Positions 25,308 through 37,864 of a DNA stretch of 64,000 nucleotides are shown here, in pieces. The position numbers and the translations under genes are program-made. The stretch is from Octopus sinensis (lineage: Eukaryota). How positions within the stretch are numbered: the stretch's first letter is position 1; the number at the start of each line of letters is the position of its first letter. The stretch is from positions 33,232,001 to 33,296,000 of the forward strand of contig NC_042998.1 of assembly GCF_006345805.1 (NCBI RefSeq), read 5' to 3'. Under the pieces are notes generated by a model. It had not been told where the DNA came from and searched no databases. It worked only from the letters and a program-made list of their open reading frames with translations.

Positions 25308-25810
25308 ACATACATGGCAATTACTGTTTTTTTGGACTATTTTTCCTTGCTTCTATAATTTCACTTGTTTACTGAATTCTAAGTTTGCATTCGGTTTATA
25401 TCAGTAGAAGAATGGTATGCTCATCGAACACCAACGTCTTATTAGAAAACTTTCAAGTGTTCTACGGCAGGCATGGCTTGTATGTCTAAAAGTAATAATT
25501 CTTAAGGCTGAAATCTATGTTATTTTTTATTTTATTTTTTGGGGGGTTTTTGTTTTGCAAGACATTTGTGCCACTCAGAGGGATCTCAACCAAGTATTTG
25601 TGATATTGGGAAATATAATCTCCTTTCATATTTTTCATAACTTAAAGTTTCGGTATTTGCACGCAGGGAAAATCCATTGTGCAAGCATAAATTATTCCTG
25701 CGCAATTTTCACTTATTTGTGCCAGAGATAAAATCAGTTGCCTCAGAAAATATATTTATGACATTGGTTCAGCCTCTCACTAACTATTAACTTTACTCCG
25801 AAATGTAGGG

Positions 25811-26158
25811 GGGGGGCAATGGCCCAGTGGTTAGGCGGTCGTAGGATCGCGGTTTCGATTCCCAGACGGGCGTTGTGAGTGTTTATTGAGCGAAAACTCC
25901 TAAATTTCCACGAGGCTCCGGAAGCGGCGTGGCGAACCCTGCTGTACCCTTGGTCCACAACTTTCTCTCACTCTTTCTTCCTGTTTCTGTTGTGCATGTG
26001 TTTCAAAGGGCCAGCCTTGTCACACTTGGTGTCACGCTTAATCTCCTCGAGAACTACGTTAAGGGTATGCGTGTCTGCGGAGTGCTCAGCCACCTGCACG
26101 TTAATTTCACGAGCAGGTTGTTCCGTTGGTCGAATCAACTGGAACCCTCGTGGAGCAC
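25811..26158 (+). mobile_element. SINE family C
   Basis: GCAATGGCCCAGTGGTTAGG A-box, GGTTTCGATTCCC B-box; body shared with 27084-27452. Confidence 0.85.
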
Positions 26159-26256
26159 CACGATTCTGAGAGGGAAAAATGGTATCGACTTCAGCAAAAT
26201 TAAATCTTGGAATTGAAATATACGAAACAATATACTGTATGGTACTTGAAATGACA

Positions 26257-26307
<51 letters not shown>

Positions 26308-26327
26308 ATATATATACCATTATACAT

Positions 26328-26363
<36 letters not shown>

Positions 26364-27083
26364 GTATGTATGTATGTATATATTGGTAAATTTATGATAT
26401 TATTTACGGGACCTTTTCTCAGATAAATCGCTTTTGCATGCGACTTACATTTTACAATCTACGACTTGCATTCTTTTATATTAATAACATCAAAGAATAC
26501 AAAATAGCTTTTTAAAGCCAGATTGTGCTTTTTTCCCCACAAGCACTTTCTCTTCTAACAAGGTTACTGCTTTGATGTATCTCATTACAAGCTGTGATTC
26601 CTTTTGGAGGCGTTATAGATTCAGATTGGTCTGTCAGACAATATTATGCCATCAACTGAGACAAATCTGAGTTACATTTCTGTTCGTGTTACGGAATCCA
26701 AGTAAGTTGATATTCTTTATTGCAAATAGTAAATCAATTTGAAACTGCAAATGGGTTACTGCAAGCTGTTATGCCATCAATGTTATGTGATAAACAGAAC
26801 TAAATGGGTTTTTTTTAGTTTAGAAAGTATATATGTGTGGTAAATGTAAATAAACTTTATTCTGTTTGAACCTAAAGTCAGCACGTTCTATAGATATTAA
26901 AGCTTCATGGCCGCAAGATACAAAGGAAAATACGATATTCATGTATTTTCTAAAGTCATTAGCAGTGTGAATTATATAAAGCGACATCAACTGAGATCTG
27001 AAACTGCGGTGCGGTATCATTTTGATAATACTTTAATTCATTCTCAATGACAATTATTAGTTGAAGGGATTTCTTTGGCCTGT

Positions 27084-27452
27084 GGAGGCGCAATGGCCCA
27101 GTGGTTAGGACAGCGGACTCGCGGTCATAGGATCGCGGTTTCGATTCCCAGACCGGGCGTTGTGAGTGTTTATTGAGCGAAAACACCTAAAGCTCCACGA
27201 GGCTCCGGCAGGGGATGGTGGTGATCCCTGCTGTACTCTTTCACCACAACTTTCTCTCACTCTTACTTCCTGTTTCTGTTGTACCTGTATTTCAAAGGGC
27301 CGGCCTTGTCACTCTCTGTGTCACGCTGAATATCCTCGAGTACACGTGTCTGTGGAGTGCTCAGCCACTTACACGTTAATTTCACGAGCAGGCTGTTCCG
27401 TTGATTCGGATCAACCGGAACCCTCGTCGTCGTAACCGACGGAGTGCTTCCA
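27084..27452 (+). mobile_element. SINE family C, full length
   Basis: tRNA-like head; body ends CCTCGTCGTCGTAACCGACGGAGTGC. Confidence 0.9.
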
Positions 27453-27602
27453 TATTCTTTGGCCTACACGTATAAATTATATATTAGAGGACGGAAAATT
27501 GTTTTATTTGACGCTCATACCTTTTTTTGCCAACGAATATGAGCGACGTTTGTGAAATAAATTGCTTCCACTGGGAAGTTCGCAGAAATATATATATATA
27601 TA

Positions 27603-27818
27603 TATTTGTAGCCACTTTAACATGGGTGTCCTTTCGAGCGGACACTACTGCGATTTGTTTTAACCCCAAGAGGACATCTCCTCTAGCTGGTACACCTGCC
27701 TCCGATAAAATTACGAGCAGGGGAGCTGTGCATTGTTAACCAGCTAGAGATGTCTTCTCGGGGTTAAAAAAATCGCCGTAGTGTCCGCTCGAACGGACAG
27801 CCATGTTAAAGTGGCTAC

Positions 27819-27824
<6 letters not shown>
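27603..27824. repeat. Fold-back/MITE-like element in (TA)n, ~87-bp arms
   Basis: GTAGCCACTTTAACATGG...TCGAGCGGACACTAC...CTAGCTGGT mirrored at 27739-27824. Confidence 0.88.
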
Positions 27825-27856
<32 letters not shown>

Positions 27857-28187
27857 TATCACCTTCGAAACATGCTGGAGTTGAACTAGGGACAGCTGAT
27901 GAAGGGGATTTTTCCTTGTGTAGTTTGTCTAGTACTCATTTTTTTCTTTGTAAAAAAAAGGTTCGTTCCATGCTTGTTTTTACGTTTTCGTTCTCGTTGA
28001 GTTCTGCGTCTATTTGTGGTGTCCTGTACTCACGTATATATATTTATATATGCATGTATATATACATGTAGATGTAGGTACGTACATATATGTATGTATG
28101 TATGCATGTATTTTATTTATTACACTATTGTATGACTGACGATTCGATTCGTTCCGTTTCGTTTCGTTTCTTCTTCTTCTCCCAGTA

Positions 28188-28272
<85 letters not shown>

Positions 28273-28399
28273 TATATATATTGGTGGTAAAGTTATGTTA
28301 TTATTATCATGGATTCGACTGATTCCTGACTTAATTCTCCGTCAGTATATATGTATTCATCATGGAGAATTAAGTTGGGAAACAGCGGAATTAAGCGAA

Positions 28400-28450
28400 C
28401 CCTACTGATGAGGCTACAGAAAGAGTGGAAACTGACCGATCAGTATGGGG
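28400..28450 (+). ncRNA. Near-canonical type I hammerhead ribozyme motif
   Basis: CCCUA-CUGAUGA-GGCU(ACAGAAAG)AGUG-GAAA-CUGA(CCGA)UCAG-UA-UGGGG: 5-bp helix I, 5-bp helix III, GUA triplet (cut after 28445); G.G mismatch at the base of helix II. Confidence 0.72.
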
Positions 28451-29134
28451 AGTACTCGACTGGTGTATTCGGGCGATTGCAGTCGTTGTCAGTACATACA
28501 TATATACAATTATGTGCTTTAACTACAACATTAGAGCATTTTAGCTTTTATTTCTAGCAATGCAGATGTTCTAACACCCTAATCATATTTAGTGAGAATT
28601 ATAGTTAATAAATCAATATGAAATCATTATGTCGAGTTTAATGTAAGTGTGTATAGTTACTAATATATAATTAAGGTGAAATATATTCAGGTAATCTGTT
28701 ACTTATAATAAATAACGAAATTGTTAAAAGACCGATAAGAATATTGACTTGATGTTAGGGTACATAAACATCATAAATAAAAATAAAGTAAAATAGATAA
28801 ATCAAATTAGAGTAAAGAGTGAAAATAGACACAGAGAGAAAAATAAATAAATGAATAAAGAATTATAGATTATTACCTTTCACCCCTTAAAATTTATTAT
28901 TGAGCTAGACAAATAAAGATAGTGAACTACTGGACAAAAGTTAATTCAGAGATTTCAGATATACAGCTTTCGTATTGTGAGATACCGGATGTAAATATGT
29001 TAAGTTGCTAAGGTACGGGAGATATGGTATTTAACATAAATGAATAAATACTAAAATAGGAATTCAAGGGAATAAAAATGATAAGGGCTTAAATATGGGT
29101 CACCAGTGCTCAAGTGAGTGCGTGTGTATATATA

Positions 29135-29390
29135 TATATATAAATTAGAAAAAAAAACACCTTTTATCAATTCAAAATGAACAATTAAATTACACCATCT
29201 AGAAAATTACATATAATGGAAATATTAAAATTAAAATAACAATAATATACCGATGATTAAGTAAATTGCAAAATAATAATAAAAATGTATATATTTGGTA
29301 GAATATTTCTATTATATGTAATTTTCTAGATGGTGTAATTTAATTGTTCATTTTGAATTGATAAAGGTGTTTTTTTCTAATTTATATATA
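29135..29390. repeat. Fold-back element, ~90-bp arms, flanked by (TA)n
   Basis: ACACCTT(T)TATCAATTCAAAATGAACAATTAAATTACACCATCTAGAAAATTACATATAAT mirrored at 29302-29390. Confidence 0.9.
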
Positions 29391-29391
29391 T

Positions 29392-29476
29392 ATTATTTTT
29401 GTGAAATTTGATTTAGTATTTCTAAATTGAATTTTCCCCTAAAGTTAGGAATAATATTCCCTCAAATAATTATTGT

Positions 29477-29480
<4 letters not shown>
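29392..29480 (-). repeat. Short dispersed repeat; second copy at ~8000-8090 (+)
   Basis: Shares GAGGGAATA...AATTCAATTTAGAAATACTAAATCAAATT with 8000-8090. Confidence 0.7.
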
Positions 29481-29524
<44 letters not shown>

Positions 29525-30084
29525 ATTATTGTTATATATATATATTCTTATATATATATATTCTTCTTTCTATTAGGTTGATCAATTTTTCCTTACATGT
29601 GTAGAAATCATACTTCGTTCTCAGTTATAACTCTGTCACACTAATCAACTAGCATTAAGTAGATTATGTTAGAAATTAAATGAAATACAGCAAGGATAAT
29701 TGCCAGGAAGGGAGTCGCCAGATTGAAGGTCACGAGTTCACATCCCGTTTCAAACATTATAATTTCATTGATGCAGTTATTGTGCCTCGAAGGAACACTG
29801 TCCACCATTCAGTAAAACAGAGTTCCAACTAAAGAGAGAGAGAGAGAGAGGGGAAAAGAGAGGGAGGAGAGAGAGAGAGAGAGAGAGATGCATTGCGATC
29901 ACTTAATCTGCTAAAAATAGTAGTTAAATCTGCCCAACCTTTTCAGAAAAGAATCCATAACGTAGACCTGGATACACTATGACTTAAATAATGCTGTAGT
30001 GGTCAGGGCTTGACCGCTTTTGTTCGTGGACATGCTCGATGAAGGCTGACCTAGGGTTTACAAACAAATGCCAAGAAAATAGAA

Positions 30085-30119
<35 letters not shown>

Positions 30120-30248
30120 ACGACGAAGACGGTGTTGATGACGACGACGTCGATGATGATGATGATGATCATGATGATGATCATGATGATGATCATGATG
30201 GTGGTGGTGGTGGTGGTGGTGGTGGTGGTGGTGGTGGTGGTGGTGGTG

Positions 30249-30288
<40 letters not shown>

Positions 30289-30290
30289 AT
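30085..30290. repeat. Compound trinucleotide microsatellite (GTA/GAT/GGT)
   Basis: Direct reading. Confidence 0.95.
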
Positions 30291-30366
30291 GACAGCCACA
30301 AGAGCAACAATGGAATGCTCTCTTTGTGTTTTTTTTTCTCGAGACAGATAAACCTTGCTTAGAGAT

Positions 30367-30664
30367 TTACTTGTTAAGGCTATCTCTACAGGTATTCTGT
30401 AGAAATTATAGCCAGCTTTGATTTATCGTTACGATGTTTACTATTCGGGACATCAGATATAAACAAACAATGAGATCGAAAACGAAAAGCTGGTTAATGG
30501 CTTTATATTCCATATTCCAAAGCCTCTGTGTCATATTATTCATTTTTCATCTTCGATCTCACTGTTTGTTTGCATCTGATGTCTCGTATACGAAACGTAG
30601 TAACAAAAGTTAGTGCTGGCTATAATTTCTATAGATTATCTGTAGAGGTAACCTTAACAAGTAA
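30367..30664. mobile_element. Old MITE-like palindromic element, ~120-bp diverged arms
   Basis: TTACTTGTTAAGG(C/T)TA(T/C)CTCTACAG...AGAAATTATAGCCAGC...GACATCAGAT...AAACAAACA(A/G)TGAGATCGAA present in inverted orientation at both ends. Confidence 0.75.
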
Positions 30665-31934
30665 TGTAAAATCGCACTGCTAACACAGCAGGACGTGGTA
30701 CTGACTTATAAAAACGTTTAATATACTTTATAGTATATTGTTGCTGCATAACGAAATACCGTGTTCCTGCGGATGAAATCATGGATTTCTCAATGAGTTC
30801 AGTAGTGTATGAAACGATTTACTTTTACTCCGTGACAGATGAACAGCTCCTTCGGATTTGATGCTGTCCAAGAGAGGTTGTGGGTGGGCTCTGTATCAAA
30901 AGTGATGAACCACCGATCCACATTCCAGTACTCCTAAGTGATTCGGATGACTTGCGACCTGTGTGTGTGTGTTGTGTGTGTGTGTGTGGTGTGTGTGTGT
31001 GTGTGTGTGTGCAGGGAGAGGATCTAATCCTTCCTGGGCGTAAACAACAAAGCATGTTTTCGTTTAAAATGGGTTCATTCTTTCATTCCACTCCGTAGAA
31101 ATAACCAACAAAGCAAAAGTTCGTGCTGGACATTAAGCTTACTACTTCCATCAAATCAACGTTACCTGTACAGGTGCAACTGGGTGCAACATGTCACATA
31201 TCGAAGTTATCGCAGGGCAACGTGAGATGAAGTGTTTTGCTCAAAAACGCAACTCATCGCCCGGTCCGGGAATCGAAACCACCAGCTCGCGCCCTCACTA
31301 TGCCGCTATATAACCTTAGAAAAGGCATGAATATCACATTTTTCTCAGTGTATTTTGTCAAAAAATTATTTTGGGAATATGGATTCCTGCGTATAGTTAA
31401 GCCGAATCTGCAAGTTGTTTCAAGCATCCGCTGGTGACACTTCACACCACTACACGTCTATCTATGGCTCTAGCGAAACAAGAATATCGATATATGTTAC
31501 ACTCCTATAATAAATAGATTCTTTATACTAAGTTAAAACAATGAAAGCATTTTTAAATAGAATATTTTCCAGTGATGCTAAGCTGATGAAATTTCTCTTT
31601 AGAAACAGTTTATGCTATGATATTTCGGGAAATATTAAAGTCTGGCTCATATTACTTCAGGGCTAGTTTCCAATTTGTCCCTGGAGAAGTTTTCGAAGAA
31701 CAACTTTATTTTAACCTACTACTACTACTACTACTGCTACTATCGTTTGTATTTGGACGTACGTTGTATCAGTTCCTAACCACTAAGCCACGCGCCTTCA
31801 CAGCAGTCAAGTACAAGGGTTGGTTCGATCGACTACTCACTTCTAAATTTGTGGCCTCTTGTTTATATTAGGAAGCGATTATTTGGACGGGGGGATTGCC
31901 AGGACCAGTGCAGACCAATATTTATTTATTTATT

Positions 31935-32335
31935 GTCCACAAGGGGCTAAACAGAAAGAACAAACAAGGACAGACAAACGGATTAAGTCGATTATATCGA
32001 CCCCAGTGCGTAACTGGTACTTATTTAATCTACCCCGAAAGGATGAAAGGCAAAGTCGACCTCGGCGGAATTTGAACTCAGAACGTAGAGGCAAACGAAA
32101 TACCTATTTCTTTACTACCCACAAGGGGATAAACATAGAGGGGACAAACAAGGACAGACAAACGGATTAAGTCGATTATATCGACCCAGTGCGTAACTGG
32201 TACTTATTTAATCGACCCCGAAAGGACGAAAGGCAAAGTCGACCTCGGCCGAATTTGAACTTAGAACGTAACGGCAGACGAAATACCGCTAAGCATTTTG
32301 CCCCAGTGCTAACGTTTCTGCCAGGTCGTCGCCTT
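31935..32335 (-). mobile_element. SINE family A multimer
   Basis: Two bodies joined by the standard linker. Confidence 0.9.
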
Positions 32336-32391
32336 AATCAGTGCATAGCAATATTGACAAAGGGCAGAGCAATACCGACTCTGGTTATTTA

Positions 32392-32516
32392 CGAGGGGTG
32401 TATGAAAAGTTTTGAGCCTTCAAGACCTTTGAGCCTTGAACTCTTGTACCTTCATCAGAAATCTTGTATCATGTTTTTTTTTTTTTTTAGGTTCAAGACT
32501 TTTCATACACCCCTCG
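32392..32516. mobile_element. Mariner-type MITE
   Basis: Perfect 19-bp TIR CGAGGGGTGTATGAAAAGT with TA on both sides. Confidence 0.9.
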
Positions 32517-32909
32517 TACTGTCTGCAATCAAAATCTGCCGAGATTTTCTCTCCCTGTCACCTTAAAACTAAAACCAATTAAGATATGTCTCCAACAATA
32601 ATGACTCGTTGCTACAGTGGGCCATGGTTCCTCATATACGACTAAAAGACTTCACCAGATCAGGTCACTTGCTATGCAAGTACACCTCCGTAATAATATA
32701 TATTGCTTCCGGTATAAATTAATATTGTCAAGAAATATTACCGGTTGCTGACACAGTGAGGGGAAAAAAGCTGCCGGTACTCCACATCAGATAATTTGAG
32801 AAGCACTGATCTAGGTTATTTAAGTTACATTTCGTGTTCAGGGTAATCTTCAATTAGTAAGACGCCTTCTGTTTCAGAAGGGTTCTCTCCTCCTCCTTCT
32901 CCTCCTCAC

Positions 32910-32943
<34 letters not shown>

Positions 32944-33064
32944 GTCGTCGTCATCATCATCACTCTCTTTTATCCTTTATCCTTTATGGTGGATCGAATC
33001 CACTTCATGCCTGCAAGATCCGATGTATAAATCCTTAAATCCTTAAAAATCTTTTAAAATGTTT

Positions 33065-33305
33065 TAGCCCGAAGGCCGCGGCCATGCTGGGGCACCGGGG
33101 CTGAAATTATTGTATATTATATATACAATAATATATATATACACGATGAGCTTCTTTCAGTTTCCGTCTACCAAATCCATTCACAAGGCTTTGGTCGGCC
33201 CAAGAACATAGCAGAAGACACTTGCCCAAGGGGTCATGAAGTGGGTCTGAACCAGGAACGATGTGGTTTGAAGGCAAGCTTCTTACCATACAACCACGCC
33301 TGCGA
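33065..33305 (-). mobile_element. SINE family B, 5' half with 3' remnant
   Basis: Reverse complement of family B head and CORE-like region. Confidence 0.8.
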
Positions 33306-34221
33306 CTATATCTACTTAAATTTCATGCCCTTTTTATTTTTCACTCACTCGATTGTTAGTTGTTCCCAACAGGGTCCATATGGCCGTTAGGGGTCCCTTA
33401 TAATATTTTGCTGTTAAAGTTCATCAGCAACAAATACGGGTTATGTTTCTACACAAAATATTTATACATTTTTGCATAACAATTCCTAATAATATTCAAA
33501 TCATAAAATAGGCTTTTTAAAACATCGAATGGTTTATGAGTAAAATAAGAATCGAAGGGGTCCAAAAGCAAAAGATGGTTGAGAACTTCTGGTCTAATTC
33601 ATCCTCAAACTCATTGTAATTATCCCCATCCGCCGACGCCCTGGTGGCAAGGAAAAATAAAATATTATTTTTGTTTGCCGATGCAGAAACCAGACATTGT
33701 TTACATTTCAGAGTTTTGCTTAAAACTAGTAGTCTGCACCGACTTGACAGATAAACTATTTTTATTAATTAATTTGATGGCAAGAAATCGAGGGAGCGAG
33801 AGAGAGTGATATATATATATATAACTGCTCAGTTTTCCCTCTCCTTTGAAATAATTTTTTAAACTTTCGGGGGTTTGAATGAAAAAAAAAATTTTGGCAT
33901 CTTTCGTGGTAGTAAAAGCTGAGGGCAGCACGCGCGGCAGCCAGATTTATTGCCACCGCCTTCAACAACAATAGCAGAAACTCTAACAGCCGCATCAGCA
34001 GTAGCAGTAACGTCAACAGCATCGCGAGTTGCATAGCAACGGAAGCAAAAATAACACTTCTACCATCACCATTGCTACCATGGCTGCTTTCAGCAGCAGC
34101 ATCACTGTTCTCCCCCATCGTTTGGGCATATGCAGCCCAAGACTGCAACCACAGTCGCTAATACTTCCAGTTATAATGAAAAGCAGCAGCGGCGGCAGCA
34201 ACGGGATGCTGTTGAAGGGGA

Positions 34222-34427
34222 TGCTCTTTTACTCTTTTACTTGTTTCAGCCATTTGACTGCGACTATACTGGAGCACCGCCTTTTTAGTCGAACAAATCG
34301 ACCCCAGGACATATTCTTTATAAGCCTAGTACTTATTCTATCGGTTCTCTTTTGCCGAACCGCTAGGGTACGCGGACGTAAGCGCACCAACATCGTTCAT
34401 GCGATTGTGGGGGGAGGACAAACAGAA

Positions 34428-34491
<64 letters not shown>

Positions 34492-34965
34492 GTTTCTTTC
34501 AGTTACAAAATCTACTCAAAAGGCTTTGGTCGGCCTGAAGCTATAATAGAATACATTTTCCCAAGGTTCCATGCAGTGGAACTGAACCCGGAAACATGTG
34601 GTTAGGAAACAAGCTTCTTACCACACAGCTACTCCTGTTCCTAATATATAAGATGGGCTTCTTTCAGTTTCCATCTACTAAATCCATTCACAAGGCTTTG
34701 GCTGGCCCGAGGCTTTAGAAGAAGACACTTGCCCAAAGTGACAAACAGTGGAACTGAACCTGGAACCATGTGGTTGGAAAGCAAGCTTCTTACCCCCCAA
34801 CCACCCAAAACAACATAACGAAAACAGTTTCTGACTAAGCACAGGCGTGGCAGTGCGGTAAAAAGTTTGCATCCCAACGGCATGGTTCCGGGTTCAGTCC
34901 TACAGCGTGGTCCCTTGGGCAAGTGTCTTCCGCTATAGATTCGGGCTGGGAGTGGATTTGACAGA
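34222..34965 (-). mobile_element. Cluster of SINE family B copies
   Basis: Full copy 34222-34640 plus further partial copies. Confidence 0.85.
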
Positions 34966-35257
34966 CAGAAAGTGAAAGAATTTCGCCATATACATCAAAC
35001 ATTTGTGGACATGCTTACAAAATCAAAAAGCAACAAAGTACTCATAACATTCGGAAGCATTTTTTCTCACGCCGAGAATTATTGAAACATGGAATAAACT
35101 ACCGGCATCAGTCGTTAGTGGTCGAAACACTACATCCTTCAAAATTTCCATGCTTTCTAAAATCCGTAACAGTACACTTGATGGCTTTTGTTTCCTTAGA
35201 TTTAGTGCGCCTGAGCACTGTATACAAAAGTTTATCTCATATTATGTATATATATAT

Positions 35258-35465
35258 ATATGACCGCGTGTGTACCGTTGGCGATTTTTTTCCCTCTGTC
35301 TTCCCTTCTCTGGATCTTTCCTTCTCCTATGTTTCCGACGAAGAGCTCCGCTCGAAACGTTAAACCCTCCTTCTTTCCTTCTTTCCTGAGCGTCCAATAA
35401 TACTACATTTGTACCACTTCCTCGCGTTGTTGTGTTTTTTTTGTGCTTTCATGTTTGGATTAACT
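35258..35465 (+). mobile_element. Short pyrimidine-rich repeat with core-variant minimal hammerhead (35331-35365)
   Basis: GUUU-CCGACGA-A-GAGC(UCC)GCUC-GAAA-CGUU-AAAC; U4>C relative to the CUGANGA core. Confidence 0.6.
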
Positions 35466-35469
35466 ATAT

Positions 35470-35902
35470 ATATATTTAAGTCGTTATGTTAGAAAAAATG
35501 TTATAAAATTTTGTGTATAGTAACATAGTTTTGGGAGAAAAAATCGTTGAAGATGTCGTGGGTAGGTGGCTGTTGTTCATTGTTGGGTTTGTTAATGAAT
35601 ATTGAGTTGAGGGTTGTGCATAAAAGTTGTAAATCATTACTAACCTGGTCAGTGTAGTGAGTTGTGTCTTACCTATTTTTCTTTCCCGGGCGAGTAGATT
35701 TGAGTCCTCGATTTTGTTATTTAAGGTAATAAGTTGTGCATTAATACTTTTTTTTTCTTTAAGTATGTCCTCATTTGTAATTTTATCCGAAGTATAACAA
35801 CAACCACCTACCCATGACACCTTCAACGATTTTTTCTCCAAAAAGTATGTTACTATACACAAAATTTTATAACATTCTTCTAACATAACGACTTAAATAT
35901 AT
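35470..35902. repeat. Fold-back element, ~107-bp arms
   Basis: ATATTTAAGTCGTTATGTTAGAA...GGGTAGGTGG(C/T)TGTTGTT mirrored at 35796-35902. Confidence 0.9.
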
Positions 35903-36086
35903 TCTTTAACCTTATAAAACAAGCCTTCTGTAGTTTTTTCACTCTTTTCTATTTTTTATACATCCAGCCACGTGCTTTCACACACCAACTTTCTCACCTA
36001 TATATAAAACACGTGAGACCGAAAATGCCGCAGAAGACTAATACTCTCCCTCTCTCTCTCCCTCTTTCTCTCTCTCTATATATATA

Positions 36087-36350
36087 TCTCTCTATATATA
36101 AACGGCAGTTTGTCTGTCTGTGTGTCTGTCAGGTTGTACCCTCACCCTGACCACGGCTTTCAACCGATTCTGATGAAACTTGACACACACATAGCCCAAT
36201 GTCATAATGCAAAACTAACGCAGCGAAAATTTTGAAAAGTTCCACCAGTTCTGAAGAAAAATCGATAAATTCGACATGGGTCGAGAATCTAAGCTTTTTA
36301 TATGCAACACATTTTCTACAGACTGTCTAGGGGACGCAACTCGACCTTTT
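36087..36350 (+). mobile_element. Helitron 5' portion, same family as 42745-43183
   Basis: A^TCTCTCTATATATAAACGGCAG; near identity for ~260 bp, then different sequence. Confidence 0.85.
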
Positions 36351-36763
36351 TAACTTTCGGAACACGTGGGGTAGGTATCCCAAAATGTATAAAAATGTAC
36401 AAAAACGGCAAAAAAGCGGGCAGCAATGTGAGTGACAACAACGAAAAAGTCAAAAGTGACCAAACTGAACAAACGAATGGAAAAGGTTTTTTGATGCACA
36501 CGACAAAAGCGGTTTATAATAAACCAAGAGTTTGCAAGTAGCGTCCGAGGACCCTTATGGTACGTCAAAAATTTAAGGTAAAACATTTGGGGTGGTAGTT
36601 ATAAAGAAAGTGTAAACAAAAAAAGTATTCGAATAACTTGCGGCTGCAGCAGCTATTAGCAGAAGTGGCGGTGTTGGGGGTAAAGTCTCGAATGTAATTT
36701 CTCCTTGGTAGGAATTGGTTGATTTGAATTATCGATAGCTGTTTGATAGTTATTTGGGAGTGA

Positions 36764-36863
36764 NNNNNNNNNNNNNNNNNNNNNNNNNNNNNNNNNNNNN
36801 NNNNNNNNNNNNNNNNNNNNNNNNNNNNNNNNNNNNNNNNNNNNNNNNNNNNNNNNNNNNNNN
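36764..36863. other. Assembly gap (100 N)
   Basis: Run of N. Confidence 1.
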
Positions 36864-37829
36864 CGCACACACACACACACACACACATTTGTAAATGTGT
36901 ATGTATGTCTGCATTTCTGTGTCTTTGAGTGTTCGAGCAAGTTGACATCAAGTACTCTTATAACCTCCATCACCGGCCTAGTTCGTGCTAGAATTCTAAT
37001 ATGTACGGATGAAGGGATGGGGGATGGAGTCTGATGTTCCTACATTCTAGTTGAAAGAGAACCGTCATAATCAAGTCTGAGTGCCGCTTTGAGCAGAAGT
37101 AATAAATTCAGTTCGTACACAAGTATAAACGTTAGTCGTACGGAGATGGAATCATATCAACAACTTGATGAAATTTTCATTTTAACTCGTACCTGCTTCC
37201 ATATATTTTCTATACTGTAGCTGATAAGATAATATTCGCATCTTTCATCCAATATTTCACGAAAAATAGAGAGAGAATGACTGAAAGGAATGAAGCACGA
37301 TAGCAGAGGGAGGCGAGAGGAAGCGGGAATGTGGAAACTACAAGACAGCAGTATGGCATCAAGTTATTTTTTTTACACTCCCTTGCCTGTTGCCCTGGTT
37401 TTTGCTTTCACTTGCCAGTTGGAACACAACTACCAAAGAGAATAGTTTTCGCTGTAAAGAAACGGAATTTAGTGCAAAAATAATATATTTCAATCCTCAA
37501 TTTCCTCTTTTTTTTTACTCTTTGTTTTATAAAAAAAATTATCGACATGAGACGACAGTTCTCTGTTTCTCGATGCTTGAAACCGATCACAGACCGTTAG
37601 AATTACCACGGTACCTCGTGGTCGTTGAACATCCACAACCTTGTCATTTGCTATTATCTAGATCAACACAGAACATTCAACCTTTCTTTGACTTTTTGCA
37701 GAAGGATAATTACTAAACACATCAAGGTAAGGCAATACAACATCAAAATGCTATAAATACTTATTATGGTCAGGTTATTTCCCTGAATCAGACGAACATA
37801 TATATGTGTACACACACACAAACACACAA

Positions 37830-37864
<35 letters not shown>

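Noticed and set aside
27858-27935. CUGAUGA-A with helix II- and helix I-like pairing (GACAG/UUGUC) in a short repeat
   Set aside because: GAAA is absent after helix II (GUGUA instead); reading it as a permuted type II form with the upstream GAAAC gives no NUH triplet.
28193-28281. Paired TT and AA interruptions in (TA)n tracts (also ~9350-9450, 20700-20770)
   Set aside because: Cannot be distinguished from consensus-calling errors in long dinucleotide runs without reads.
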